From a virus: a DNA stretch of 64,000 nucleotides. Location of the stretch: the IMG/VR virus record IMGVR_UViG_3300045988_175974; one strand, written 5' to 3'. The first letter of the stretch is position 1. Every line of letters starts with the position of its first letter. The position numbers and the translations under genes were made by a program. The notes under the pieces were generated by a model that was not told the origin of the DNA, did no database searches, and saw only the letters and a program-made list of their open reading frames with translations. Shown here one piece after another: positions 10,093 through 18,874 of the stretch.

Positions 10093-11208
10093 TTATGCTT
10101 CGGCTTCCTCTTTGGCTTCTTCTATAGTTTTTGTGAGAATAGCTTCATAGCCAGCAAGCTCCTCTTCGGTCACGATGTCAGAGTAATCCTGGCGAAGTTG
10201 GTCTATGCGCTCCTTGATGCCTTTCACTCTCGTCTGGGTAGATAGCTTATCCTTGCGAAGGATATACTTGATGCGGGCATCGGCTTCAGCCTTGTGCTTG
10301 GCGGCTGCATCACGGGCTGCTTTTACTTCCGGACGGTCGTTGGCAATCTTCTCGGCTACCTGCTCGGCAAAACGAGGGTCACGAGACAGCGCCTTCTCAA
10401 AGAATGGCTTAAACTGGGTGCGGAGAGTCTGAGGGTCGATGGTGAAGGCCTTCTTTGCGTAAGCGATGTATTCAGGGTCTCCAGTCTTCTCGCTCAGTCT
10501 CAGATAGCATTCGCCCATCTCTCTATCTACAGCCTTAAAGATTTCCGGAAGAATATCGCTTTCGATTTCTACGGCTCTTGTGGCTAGTTCGGCAATCTCA
10601 GCCTCGGTATAGATGGCGCTTTTACCCTGCGAGATAGCTTTCTCGTTGGCTTCTGCCATGGTCTTCGCATGCTCTGCCTTGCTTGCCATTTCACTACGGA
10701 GGTCACGCACGGTGTTCACCTGCTCCTGAAGGGCAGTAGAGAGGAACGGACGCAACTGCATCAGGTTGGGCATGGTAGCAGCGATACTTTCGCCGTTAGG
10801 GTTGGCTACGATACCATTATAGGTAAGCGGCTGTACGGTGGTGTCCGGTTTCAGATTAGGGAAGAGAGACTGCTTCGCCTCTTCCATGGCTTTCTTTTTC
10901 TGAAGTTCGGCATAGGCTTCCTGTTCCTGTTTGGTTGGGCGACCTACACGTCGCTTGTCGGCAGCAGATGATGATGCAGCGTTGGCTTGAGAGCTGCTGT
11001 AGCTATTCAGATAGGCGATCATCTGTCGGGTACGGCGATGATAGTCTTTAAACTTACGTGAGTTCTCGATAAACGAGTGTGCATTACTTGCACCTTCCAG
11101 GAGAGACAATCCCTGCTCATAGGCATCTTTCTGCTCCTGGGTAAGCATTCTTGCACCGATGGCAGGTTTCAAAATGTTGATGATTTCCTGTAATGATAAA
11201 TTTTCCAT
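10093..11208 (-). CDS. Hypothetical coiled-coil protein (371 aa)
   Basis: Track ORF with long Ala/Glu/Lys-rich helical segments. Confidence 0.55.
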   Translation of the reverse strand: MENLSLQEIINILKPAIGARMLTQEQKDAYEQGLSLLEGASNAHSFIENSRKFKDYHRRTRQMIAYLNSYSSSQANAASSSAADKRRVGRPTKQEQEAYAELQKKKAMEEAKQSLFPNLKPDTTVQPLTYNGIVANPNGESIAATMPNLMQLRPFLSTALQEQVNTVRDLRSEMASKAEHAKTMAEANEKAISQGKSAIYTEAEIAELATRAVEIESDILPEIFKAVDREMGECYLRLSEKTGDPEYIAYAKKAFTIDPQTLRTQFKPFFEKALSRDPRFAEQVAEKIANDRPEVKAARDAAAKHKAEADARIKYILRKDKLSTQTRVKGIKERIDQLRQDYSDIVTEEELAGYEAILTKTIEEAKEEAEA

Positions 11209-11250
11209 AAATCCTTATTTTTGTTGTTTATTTGAAAATTACGAATATTT

Positions 11251-12411
11251 TTAGCACAGAATAGGGGTTACGAAGATACGAGAACCTTTTTGGTTGTTGT
11301 CGTAGCCTTCGCTGCCGCCCTTGTCATTCGATGATGAAGCACTGGAGGCGTTACTCGTCGATGAGGAGGAGCCGCCTTCTGTGGCGCTATCAGCTTTGGC
11401 TGCATCGAGTTTCGCTTGCGCTTCGGCTTCCTCTTTCTTCAGCAACCGATGAATGCTTTCCCTTACGGTAATGGCATCATTGTGCGCGGTGGAGCGGGTA
11501 AGCTTATCGAAACTGATAACTGATGTACGCTCCTTGAGATAGGCAGCTACAAGTTGACGTGCCTTCTTCAGCATCTTGTCGTTCTCGTCGGCCTGCAAGA
11601 GACGAGGAATAAAATCTTCGCCAAACGCTTCTTCCAGATATTCGCTCTGAATAAAAAGCATATCAGGGATGAGACGGACGAACTTATCTCTGTTGCCGTA
11701 AATATCGAGATACGGCTGTAAAGACTCGCAAGTAGGGAAAAGCAAATCACGATGGTAGTAGTAGTACTTACTTTCCTGCCAGAGGGTTACGATTTTCTCT
11801 ATCGCCTCATGCTGCTTCTTCTCGGCTTCGGCTGCATCATCTTTGCCGCTATCTGTTCCTTCATCTGTTCCTTCGGATGAGGAACCTTGGTTGCTGCCAT
11901 CTGAAGGAGTACTGCCCTCTGCACCATCGCCCGCTGCCCCGATAGGCATAGGTGTATTCACTTCCTTTGCCCATCCCTCCAAGAGGGAAAGCAGGTTATT
12001 GAGCGAGGTCATTGCCGACTGGCGGTAGCTTTCCTTGCCCTGCGCTATCTGCTTGTCGGTAGCTACGGCATAGTCGTTGCTGGAGGCTACGTTGATACCG
12101 GAGCCATTGACAGAGAGCGCTTGCTTCTCGATGTTCTGCGCCATCGCATCATTTACAATCATGCGCTGGGCATAAAGCAGAAGCTCATTCCAGGGGTCGT
12201 TGACGTAGGTACCATCAGCAACCGCATCGCAGAAGATTAAGGGTTCTATGCTCGCATACTGCTTGCAGAGACGGTCGTATAGGGATGCTCCCAGGCGAGG
12301 CTTCAAGAAGTCCTTTTCGCTATTGTCGAGCATACCCTGCAGGTTGGCTACCTCGTCCACGGCATTGCTGGGGAGGTGGAGCCTGAGTTCTTGATTCGTG
12401 AAGAGTATCAT
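11251..12411 (-). CDS. Hypothetical protein (386 aa) with acidic Ser/Gly-rich insertions
   Basis: Track ORF immediately downstream of the portal candidate. Confidence 0.55.
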   Translation of the reverse strand: MILFTNQELRLHLPSNAVDEVANLQGMLDNSEKDFLKPRLGASLYDRLCKQYASIEPLIFCDAVADGTYVNDPWNELLLYAQRMIVNDAMAQNIEKQALSVNGSGINVASSNDYAVATDKQIAQGKESYRQSAMTSLNNLLSLLEGWAKEVNTPMPIGAAGDGAEGSTPSDGSNQGSSSEGTDEGTDSGKDDAAEAEKKQHEAIEKIVTLWQESKYYYYHRDLLFPTCESLQPYLDIYGNRDKFVRLIPDMLFIQSEYLEEAFGEDFIPRLLQADENDKMLKKARQLVAAYLKERTSVISFDKLTRSTAHNDAITVRESIHRLLKKEEAEAQAKLDAAKADSATEGGSSSSTSNASSASSSNDKGGSEGYDNNQKGSRIFVTPILC

Positions 12412-12440
12412 TTTTTTTGCTTTTACGTTATTATATATGG

Positions 12441-12473
12441 GCCCAGCGATAGAATCGCTGGGAACGGGGGCGG
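12441..12473 (-). repeat. Hairpin element copy 1
   Basis: Plus strand gCCCAGCGATagaATCGCTGGGaacgggggcggg. It starts right after the portal stop and lies 30 nt upstream of the ATG at 12411. Confidence 0.95.
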
Positions 12474-12474
12474 G

Positions 12475-14178
12475 TTAAGAGGCTTCTTGTTTCGCCACTC
12501 CGGTCTTCGAGTTATCGAGGGTGGTTAATACCTCTCGGTCTATCTGCCACACCAGGTGCTCGTCCCAATCGTTGAATCGGCTCAAAACTTCCAATGGGCG
12601 TATCATCAACTGCTGCAATGGGGCAAACTGAATCTGTTTTACCAGGAAACGTTCTCTCAGGTCGGTACCGCCCGATGATGCCGTATCGCCAGGAGTATTA
12701 CCGATGAGCTTTGCATCAAGACCCATGGCAAAGAAAATAATACTACTTATTTCCTGCAACTCGGTTTTGTCGGCATTCGCCTGATCATTTGCCTTGGTTT
12801 CGATTTCCACGATTTCCCAAGCTTTGTGCTCTTTCCCATCGCTGCCCGTGAAGGCAGAGGAAATGAGCGCCTGACCTGCATTATCGGGATTGGCGAGCCA
12901 TGTATTGATAGAGGTGAAGATTTCGTTCTGAATCTCACCATGGGTTTTCTTTTTCTTCTCACCCTGCTGCTGATAGAGCCTGCTAATATAGTCCTGGTGG
13001 ATATAGATGACACGACCGATGATGTTGCTGTTGCGCTTCCGGGTGAGGCGATCATCTACGATGGTGAAGGCATACTCAAAAATGCTGCCGGCAAAGATGG
13101 AGTGCCAAAGGGCATCGGCATAGTATGGACCGCCGAAATCTCTTGGTGACATGATGAAGCGGGTAGGGCGTTTCTTGCGGCTTACCTGCTTCTGACGTGC
13201 CTCACGGATATTGCGCTGCAAATCCTTTACGGCTGATGTGGTAGGGAGATAAGGGATAGCCGCTATCTTGCGGTCTTCCTCTTTCTGCACGCCGACGTAT
13301 TGGGTAGGGTCGAGCCACTGATTGCTGACGTAGGCATAGTTGATGCGGTAGTTCTCGTCCATGCGCTCCAGTCGGGTAGTGAAGATGCTGCGATGCTTCA
13401 GACCGATTACCTTCGGGGTCCATTGGGCAGTAGGAACAGCTTTGCCGCTTTCGTCGAGGGAACGCTGATTGAGCTGAAGTTCTACAAAGCATTGTGACAT
13501 CAAAGCCATATCTCCTGCCAAATCGAGGAAGGTCTGCATCAGGTCGTTGTTTTCGATGAAATCGCGAACCTGGGCATTGGTTTCTTCCCATTTGTGGAGG
13601 GCTTCTTTCAGAGATTTCATCTCCTCGCTTTCCTCTTCCTTGGCTTTCAGGTCAGCTATCTGACCACGGAGCAGGACTCCTGCACTCTCGTAGGGGATAT
13701 ATTTCTCTGTGATGTTGCCGCCAACGTACTGGGTGTAATGATACTTGGCTGCGGGACCGCGACCTACCAGTATTTTCTTGATGTAATCTACTCCTGCTGC
13801 TGTGAAAGGCGACATGCGCGAGAGCATCCAGATAAGGTTTGGCAGTCGGTTGGCCATACCCCATTCCATAAAGCCTAAGCCTTCGGTACCTACGCCTTTT
13901 GGTTTGCCCAGGTTCTCGCCGCCACTTGATGCAAAGATAGTGGAAACCTGCTGCCGTGCTGCGGAACCGCCTGCGTCGCCACCACTTGCCGACATACCGG
14001 CTGTGGTTAGGAGCATGCCGTGAACGTAGTCGTTCCAGGAAAAGACTTTACCGCCGCCATTTTTAAGCGGCGTAAAGGCATCCGGGCGAACGGCTACATA
14101 GCCTGCATCTTTCAGTTCCTCACTACGATTTTGGAGCTGCTGCAGGTTGGTTACTCTGTTTTTGTTTTTGCTTGCCAT
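12475..14178 (-). CDS. Portal protein candidate (567 aa)
   Basis: The size fits. It has its own late promoter. The C-terminal segment LIGNTPGDTASSGGTDLRERFLVKQIQFAPLQQ resembles portal wing/crown regions. Not verifiable without an HMM search. Confidence 0.5.
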   Translation of the reverse strand: MASKNKNRVTNLQQLQNRSEELKDAGYVAVRPDAFTPLKNGGGKVFSWNDYVHGMLLTTAGMSASGGDAGGSAARQQVSTIFASSGGENLGKPKGVGTEGLGFMEWGMANRLPNLIWMLSRMSPFTAAGVDYIKKILVGRGPAAKYHYTQYVGGNITEKYIPYESAGVLLRGQIADLKAKEEESEEMKSLKEALHKWEETNAQVRDFIENNDLMQTFLDLAGDMALMSQCFVELQLNQRSLDESGKAVPTAQWTPKVIGLKHRSIFTTRLERMDENYRINYAYVSNQWLDPTQYVGVQKEEDRKIAAIPYLPTTSAVKDLQRNIREARQKQVSRKKRPTRFIMSPRDFGGPYYADALWHSIFAGSIFEYAFTIVDDRLTRKRNSNIIGRVIYIHQDYISRLYQQQGEKKKKTHGEIQNEIFTSINTWLANPDNAGQALISSAFTGSDGKEHKAWEIVEIETKANDQANADKTELQEISSIIFFAMGLDAKLIGNTPGDTASSGGTDLRERFLVKQIQFAPLQQLMIRPLEVLSRFNDWDEHLVWQIDREVLTTLDNSKTGVAKQEAS

Positions 14179-14272
14179 TTTTGCGTTTCTTTTTATATGT
14201 TATCCTGAATGTGATTGAAAGAGAGAATGGTGGCGATATACGCACACCCGCTTTTTCTCTTGTTTCTGAGTG

Positions 14273-14309
14273 TAAAGTTAGGGCTTTTTATGGTTTTAGT
14301 GGGGACAAA
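14273..14309 (-). promoter_or_regulatory. Late-type promoter P2 (portal)
   Basis: TTTGTCCCCA-N20-TAACTTTA, 25-nt gap. Strongly similar to P1 across the spacer (TAAAACC..AAAAA). Confidence 0.65.
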
Positions 14310-14317
14310 GAGGGGAT

Positions 14318-14350
14318 GGGACCAGCGATAGAATCGCTGGGAACGGATGC
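14318..14350 (-). repeat. Hairpin element copy 2
   Basis: gggaCCAGCGATagaATCGCTGGgaacggatgc. It sits 12 nt upstream of the TTTG of the portal promoter. Confidence 0.95.
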
Positions 14351-14358
14351 TCCTCTTC

Positions 14359-14517
14359 TTATTCATAATTGATAATGATCATAAAATCCTTGGCGATGGA
14401 GGAAATAGCGTTACTGATACTTTCTCCGATTTCAAGCCTTTGGGAGTGAGGGTTGGAGTACCAATCACCATCGGCTCTGCCTCTGCTTGCGCAGGTTCTT
14501 ATTCGTATTGCTGCCAT
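14359..14517 (-). CDS. Small ORF (52 aa)
   Basis: Hand-translated (MAAIRIRTCASRGRADGDWYSNPHSQ...NYE*). It falls below the 60-aa cut-off of the track. Confidence 0.3.
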   Translation of the reverse strand: MAAIRIRTCASRGRADGDWYSNPHSQRLEIGESISNAISSIAKDFMIIINYE

Positions 14518-14550
14518 AAAAGATTATCTTTTGTTACGGTGGAAATGCAG

Positions 14551-14682
14551 TTACTCCAGGGGGTAAGGGCTTGGGCGATGATACTTATCCTTATAACGAC
14601 AACCGCCTCTGTCGCCGTGTATCTTGCGATATGCCTTCGCTTCCTCAGTTCGATAGTGGGTGATGATGGCTTGCTTAATCAT
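14551..14682 (-). CDS. Small ORF (43 aa), MIK-family paralog
   Basis: Hand-translated (MIKQAIITHYRTEEAKAYRKIHGDRGGCRY...). It shares MIK..AI.H..RTE.AK..RK with the next ORF. Confidence 0.4.
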   Translation of the reverse strand: MIKQAIITHYRTEEAKAYRKIHGDRGGCRYKDKYHRPSPYPLE

Positions 14683-14685
14683 ATT

Positions 14686-14862
14686 TTATTCATAACTAAA
14701 GGCAAGGAGATTGTCCTTTGTATGGAAGGTGCCGATACACTGCATCAAGAAGCTGTCACGAAAAAAGATGGTTTTATCCCGATAATCGTTGGTGCCGGTT
14801 TGCTTACGTACTTCCTTGGCGTGCTCTGTTCTCGCCTCGTGAATGGCTAATATCTTAATCAT
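14686..14862 (-). CDS. Small ORF (58 aa), MIK-family paralog
   Basis: Hand-translated (MIKILAIHEARTEHAKEVRKQTGTNDYRDK...SYE*). Confidence 0.4.
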   Translation of the reverse strand: MIKILAIHEARTEHAKEVRKQTGTNDYRDKTIFFRDSFLMQCIGTFHTKDNLLAFSYE

Positions 14863-14956
14863 ATTCTATTAATACGAAAGGTGGCATATCATTAGGATCA
14901 TCCTCCTCCTCTTCGTGAGGAGGAATGCTGCCTTTATCTATTATAACCTTATTCAT
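14855..14956 (-). CDS. Small acidic ORF (33 aa)
   Basis: Hand-translated (MNKVIIDKGSIPPHEEEEDDPNDMPPFVLIEYD*). Its stop overlaps the next start (ATGATTAA). Confidence 0.3.
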   Translation of the reverse strand: MNKVIIDKGSIPPHEEEEDDPNDMPPFVLIEYD

Positions 14957-15092
14957 ACTCTGTTAATATTGCCGCAGCCTTCGTCTGCGAGTTTGTATTT
15001 GGAAGGATATTCGACTCTCCATCCTTGGAGTAGTGAGCCGTGATAACATTCAGAATACCAGGAGGAGTGTTGATTGTTATGATGCTAACCAT
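14949..15092 (-). CDS. Small ORF (47 aa)
   Basis: Hand-translated (MVSIITINTPPGILNVITAHYSKDGESN...EYE*). Its stop overlaps the next start (TATGAATAA). Confidence 0.3.
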   Translation of the reverse strand: MVSIITINTPPGILNVITAHYSKDGESNILPNTNSQTKAAAILTEYE

Positions 15093-15243
15093 ACTTTCTA
15101 ATCATACTCTAATAATATTTTCGGTTTATCTACATCATGCCCTTTGCCCCCTCCACATAGGCATAAAGCGATACCTTTCGGGTGAACAATTATGCCGTTT
15201 TGGGATGGACTATAAGAGCCAAGGATGATAGGACGATTACAAA

Positions 15244-16542
15244 TCATTTCTTCTCCAAAAACTGATGATACATACTTTCCAACTTAGGATTTGAGAACTT
15301 GCCGTTTTCTTTCCAATCGTTGAACAACGTCATTACGTCGGTATGGATGGAAGAAAGCTTTTCCTGCATCTCTTTCGGAGTGTGGTACCAAAGATGCGAC
15401 TCTTTCGTGAAGAGGGTGAGGATGGCTTTCAATGCCATGGCGTTCTCATGGCTCGGCTCTATCTCAAACTGATGGAAGACGCAGGTGTCTTTATCGTTTG
15501 CCTGAAGGAACTTGCTGACGGCTTCATCTTTCAGGAAGAACCTTATATCTACTTCTTCCTGCAACACATCTTCCAACTTTCTCTTCAGCGGAATAGGGTC
15601 TGGGAACTGATAATCGAAGGCTACATCTTTTCTCATTGAGAGACAGAAAACACGGTCACGGTTCTGCGGAACACCATAGTCTTTGGCATTGAGGCGTGCC
15701 CATCGGCTTACGTAGCCGAGAGAAGAGAGTTTATCAAGCCACTTCTGAAAATCGGGCATAAACTTTTCGCTTACCAGGGCTGCCACGTTCTCCTGGAGCA
15801 GATACTTCGGACGCAAAACTTCTACGGCATCGGCTACTCTCCACAATAATGCCGAGCGGGTATCGGAGCCTTCCTTCAAGCCCATCTGCTTGCCGGCTTG
15901 CGATATATCCTGACAAGGTGAGGAATAGGTGAAAAGGTCGATTCCTTGCCCCCCCACATTATTCTTTACCTGTTGCCAGTCGATTTTGGTTATATCGCCC
16001 AAGGCTTTGTCAGCAAACTGCGGAAAGATAAGGTCGTGCATCTGACAGGCGTATTTGTCTATATCGCTCCAGCCTACACATGTCCAACGGAAATCAGGAT
16101 GCTGCTGGGCAAGGACATCGGCTGCCATGAGCTGCGAGTCATAACCGGAGAAGGTGGTGAGAATAAGTTTTTCACCGTGGTTCTTATCTACCGGATAGGG
16201 TGGAAGTTGGTCTTTTGGGAAGAAATCGGCAAAGAAAGAGGTCTGCGTCTCACGCTTTGGCTCTTTCGGATACCAGAGTTGCTGATAGATGGCTGCGAGC
16301 ACATCTACCACGATGGAGTTACCTGCTTGCTTGTATTGCTGACTGGCTGATACTGCCATATCTTCTGCCTTTCCCTTGCTCTTATAGCCAGCTACTCGCT
16401 CGGCTGCCTGGGCATTGGTACTCTGCATCGTGCGAATTACATCATCTCGCACACCCATCAATCGGAAACACTCGAAAGGTGTCAGCTTTCGGATGGCATA
16501 AGACTTAATGGTTTTATCCTTGAAATTGAACTTTGTTATCAT
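15244..16542 (-). CDS. DNA (cytosine-5) methyltransferase, circularly permuted motif order
   Basis: Motif IX (RKLTPFECFRLMG) and motif X (QAGNSIVV) lie at the N-terminus. They are followed by I (TTFSGYDS), IV (SSPCQDIS), VI (QENV) and VIII (VPQNRDRVF). Confidence 0.85.
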   Translation of the reverse strand: MITKFNFKDKTIKSYAIRKLTPFECFRLMGVRDDVIRTMQSTNAQAAERVAGYKSKGKAEDMAVSASQQYKQAGNSIVVDVLAAIYQQLWYPKEPKRETQTSFFADFFPKDQLPPYPVDKNHGEKLILTTFSGYDSQLMAADVLAQQHPDFRWTCVGWSDIDKYACQMHDLIFPQFADKALGDITKIDWQQVKNNVGGQGIDLFTYSSPCQDISQAGKQMGLKEGSDTRSALLWRVADAVEVLRPKYLLQENVAALVSEKFMPDFQKWLDKLSSLGYVSRWARLNAKDYGVPQNRDRVFCLSMRKDVAFDYQFPDPIPLKRKLEDVLQEEVDIRFFLKDEAVSKFLQANDKDTCVFHQFEIEPSHENAMALKAILTLFTKESHLWYHTPKEMQEKLSSIHTDVMTLFNDWKENGKFSNPKLESMYHQFLEKK

Positions 16543-16596
16543 TTTGTTTTGCTCTATAAATCGTTAATCAAAGGCTGTTGTCTAACCATATACAAA

Positions 16597-16968
16597 TCAA
16601 GAGAACGAGTCAGGCTCCAAATTGGCAATATAACAATAACGCTGCACGTCGTTTTCGCTAATGAACATTTGCCAATTCTGTTCGTCGTGGGAGAAATGTT
16701 CATGCACAAAATGAGTGCCATCGCGTCGCCAACAAAGAAGCGACCCTATGCAATGCGGTTTCTCTCTGGCTGGGTGCAACAGTTGAACAATGTTGCGATA
16801 TTCTGCTGTTTCATTCACTTCTTCATCACAAAGGGACACATTTTTGACGCTTATGCCATTTGCTTCATTCTCAAGACAAACTACATCTTCTGTTGTCTGA
16901 CTTTCTATCATTTCAAGAGCCTTTGATGATAAGAATATCACGTTAGGCAGTCTGTTGTTTCTTTCCAT
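16597..16968 (-). CDS. Hypothetical protein (123 aa)
   Basis: Track ORF on the coding strand. Confidence 0.5.
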   Translation of the reverse strand: MERNNRLPNVIFLSSKALEMIESQTTEDVVCLENEANGISVKNVSLCDEEVNETAEYRNIVQLLHPAREKPHCIGSLLCWRRDGTHFVHEHFSHDEQNWQMFISENDVQRYCYIANLEPDSFS

Positions 16969-16990
16969 AATCTTATTGTTTTTATAATCA

Positions 16991-18097
16991 TTATTTCCCT
17001 CTCCTCATCTTTTCCATTTCCTCATTCTCTTTCGACAACCTTTCCAGGTGTTCGAGAACCAGGGAATAGGATTGAGTGTTGACCTGATCTTCTGTTAGGC
17101 CGGCATACTTTTGCATCGTAGCGGTGGTGGCGGTGTAGATTTCCATCGGGGTTTGCAGCTTCTTATTATCTACCTTCTGCACCTTGAATACATGAGGGTA
17201 GCGATGGGCTAGGGTGTGCATGATGCCACTCCACCAGAAGAGGATAACCTGCCAGTTGGCTTCCGGATATTTGACGAAATAACCTGCGTTCTCGGTAAAC
17301 TGCTTTGACTCGTAATGAAAATCGTATTTCGTGATGCCTGTTGTCGGGTCGACGTACTGGGTGGTGGTGTTGAAGATGGTGGCAAGGAACATGTTTCTGG
17401 CACTGGCTACACTCTGGGCTTGCGTCTGGAGTTGTTCCTCGGTGAACTTATTCATCTGCTTCATCTTTACCAGATTATTGCTTAACTTAGTGTAGGTCTG
17501 CATCATATCACTGGCAAAACGGTATTGCTGCCAGGAGAAGCCATCGAGGTCTTGGTGCGGACCTTGGAAGGCTTTTGCACGACGGTACCACTTGGTTTTC
17601 TGCCGGATAGATGGATAGGGGAAGCGGGTGAGGAAATTACCGCTATCTGCATCCAGCCAGTCGAGAAGACCTGCGCCCTGAGCGATGTACTCAGGGGAGG
17701 TCTTATCATCGGTCTTGGCTTTCGAGGAGAGCCAATAGTTGAGCTGCCAGAGATAGAGGGGGAAGGGGATAGCCGATTGGGTACCAGCGATAGAATCGCT
17801 GGGAACAGGGGTACAGATGGTGAGGAGCTTCTTCAGGAGGCTCTTCTTCTGCGGCTCTATGCTTACCAGGTAGTGCTGCTCATTGATGGGCAGACGAGGG
17901 TCGGGGTAGGCATTGATGCTTATCCCCGCAAAAAGGAAGAAAACGGCTATCTTCACCTTCTGCATATCGAAGGGGTGATAGCGGTCTGCCTTGGATTTCT
18001 CTATCTGCTCCAGCATGATGAGGGCAATCTGCTCTAGCTGGGAAGGGGTGCATTGGTTCCAGCCCTTTGGAATTGTAAGATTTATTTGTTCTTGCAT
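16991..18097 (-). CDS. Hypothetical protein (368 aa), carries an in-frame hairpin element
   Basis: Track ORF. Hairpin copy 3 is translated as TPVPSDSIAGT in mid-protein. Confidence 0.55.
   Translation of the reverse strand: MQEQINLTIPKGWNQCTPSQLEQIALIMLEQIEKSKADRYHPFDMQKVKIAVFFLFAGISINAYPDPRLPINEQHYLVSIEPQKKSLLKKLLTICTPVPSDSIAGTQSAIPFPLYLWQLNYWLSSKAKTDDKTSPEYIAQGAGLLDWLDADSGNFLTRFPYPSIRQKTKWYRRAKAFQGPHQDLDGFSWQQYRFASDMMQTYTKLSNNLVKMKQMNKFTEEQLQTQAQSVASARNMFLATIFNTTTQYVDPTTGITKYDFHYESKQFTENAGYFVKYPEANWQVILFWWSGIMHTLAHRYPHVFKVQKVDNKKLQTPMEIYTATTATMQKYAGLTEDQVNTQSYSLVLEHLERLSKENEEMEKMRRGK
17781..17811 (-). repeat. Hairpin element copy 3 (inside a CDS)
   Basis: gtaCCAGCGATagaATCGCTGGgaacagggg, translated as PVPSDSIAG. 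Confidence 0.95.
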
Positions 18098-18116
18098 ATT
18101 CTTAATTTTTAAAGGT

Positions 18117-18208
18117 AAAAAAGCTTTTGCCCTTACAGGGCGACTTACTGATTGCTATTATACCCAGGGTGCTGCCCTGGGCTAGGAGCTTCTGCCCTTT
18201 CAGGGCGT
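18117..18208 (-). repeat. Triple-hairpin element, copy C
   Basis: AAAAAAGCTTTT + GCCCTtacAGGGC (18129-18141) ... CCCAGGGtgctgCCCTGGG (18163-18181) CTAGGAGCTTCTG GCCCTttcAGGGC (18194-18206). Confidence 0.9.
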
Positions 18209-18240
18209 GTGGGGTTAAGGTTCTTTTTACCTTTTTACCT

Positions 18241-18855
18241 TTAGAACGGCAGGTCGCTGTTAGGATCATCGTAACCTGGCATTGATGAGTAATCATTGCC
18301 TCCATCTGCTGGCGGTACATAGGCGGTAGCGTTGCCAGCGGCTCCGTAGGCTTGCTGTGGGTACGTCTGCTGCTGGGCGGTAGGCTGTGGCTGATAGAGG
18401 CTGGCGATACGCTTATTCATGCGGGTGCGGATTGCCTTGAAGAGGTGAGAGTTCTCATCGTTGAAATCCTGATTTACGATGTCAGGGTCTTTCTCCTTAC
18501 TATACTCCTTTACCTGTTCTACGAGTTTCGGGAATGCTTTGGCTACTGCCTTGACGTACTCGGTGGAGAATGATATTTGCATTTCGTGGGTAGGCACACT
18601 TTTTTCGGTGTCGCCACGCTCGATATTACTCTGTCGAATCTTATTCTTGTACGAATCTTTAAAAGGTTCGATGTGAACTCTCAACTTAGCCACCTGTCTG
18701 TTAACATTATCTTTTTGATATGTCTCTATTCGAATTTCGTTTACATCGAGAGGAATGCAAACATAAGGACGCTTTGCATTCTTCTCATCGATACCTACTA
18801 AGACCTTTGCTCCATTCAGAGACAAAAGGTCAACATTTCCATTGTAAGAAGCCAT
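18241..18855 (-). CDS. SSB-like protein (204 aa)
   Basis: A Gln/Pro/Gly-rich linker is followed by an acidic C-terminal tip, DDPNSDLPF, like the bacterial SSB tip DDDIPF. The N-terminal domain was not recognised as a canonical OB fold by eye. Confidence 0.45.
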   Translation of the reverse strand: MASYNGNVDLLSLNGAKVLVGIDEKNAKRPYVCIPLDVNEIRIETYQKDNVNRQVAKLRVHIEPFKDSYKNKIRQSNIERGDTEKSVPTHEMQISFSTEYVKAVAKAFPKLVEQVKEYSKEKDPDIVNQDFNDENSHLFKAIRTRMNKRIASLYQPQPTAQQQTYPQQAYGAAGNATAYVPPADGGNDYSSMPGYDDPNSDLPF

Positions 18856-18874
18856 TTTTTACTTTATTTATTTG

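Noticed and set aside
12411-12477. The portal TAA stop, hairpin copy 1 in the PVPSDSIAG frame and the next ATG (12411) are all in one frame, suggesting stop-codon read-through producing a portal fusion.
   Set aside because: The other intergenic copies (2, 4, 6, 9 and 12) are not in frame with their upstream genes, so this is most simply a 1-in-3 coincidence. TAA is also a poor read-through codon.
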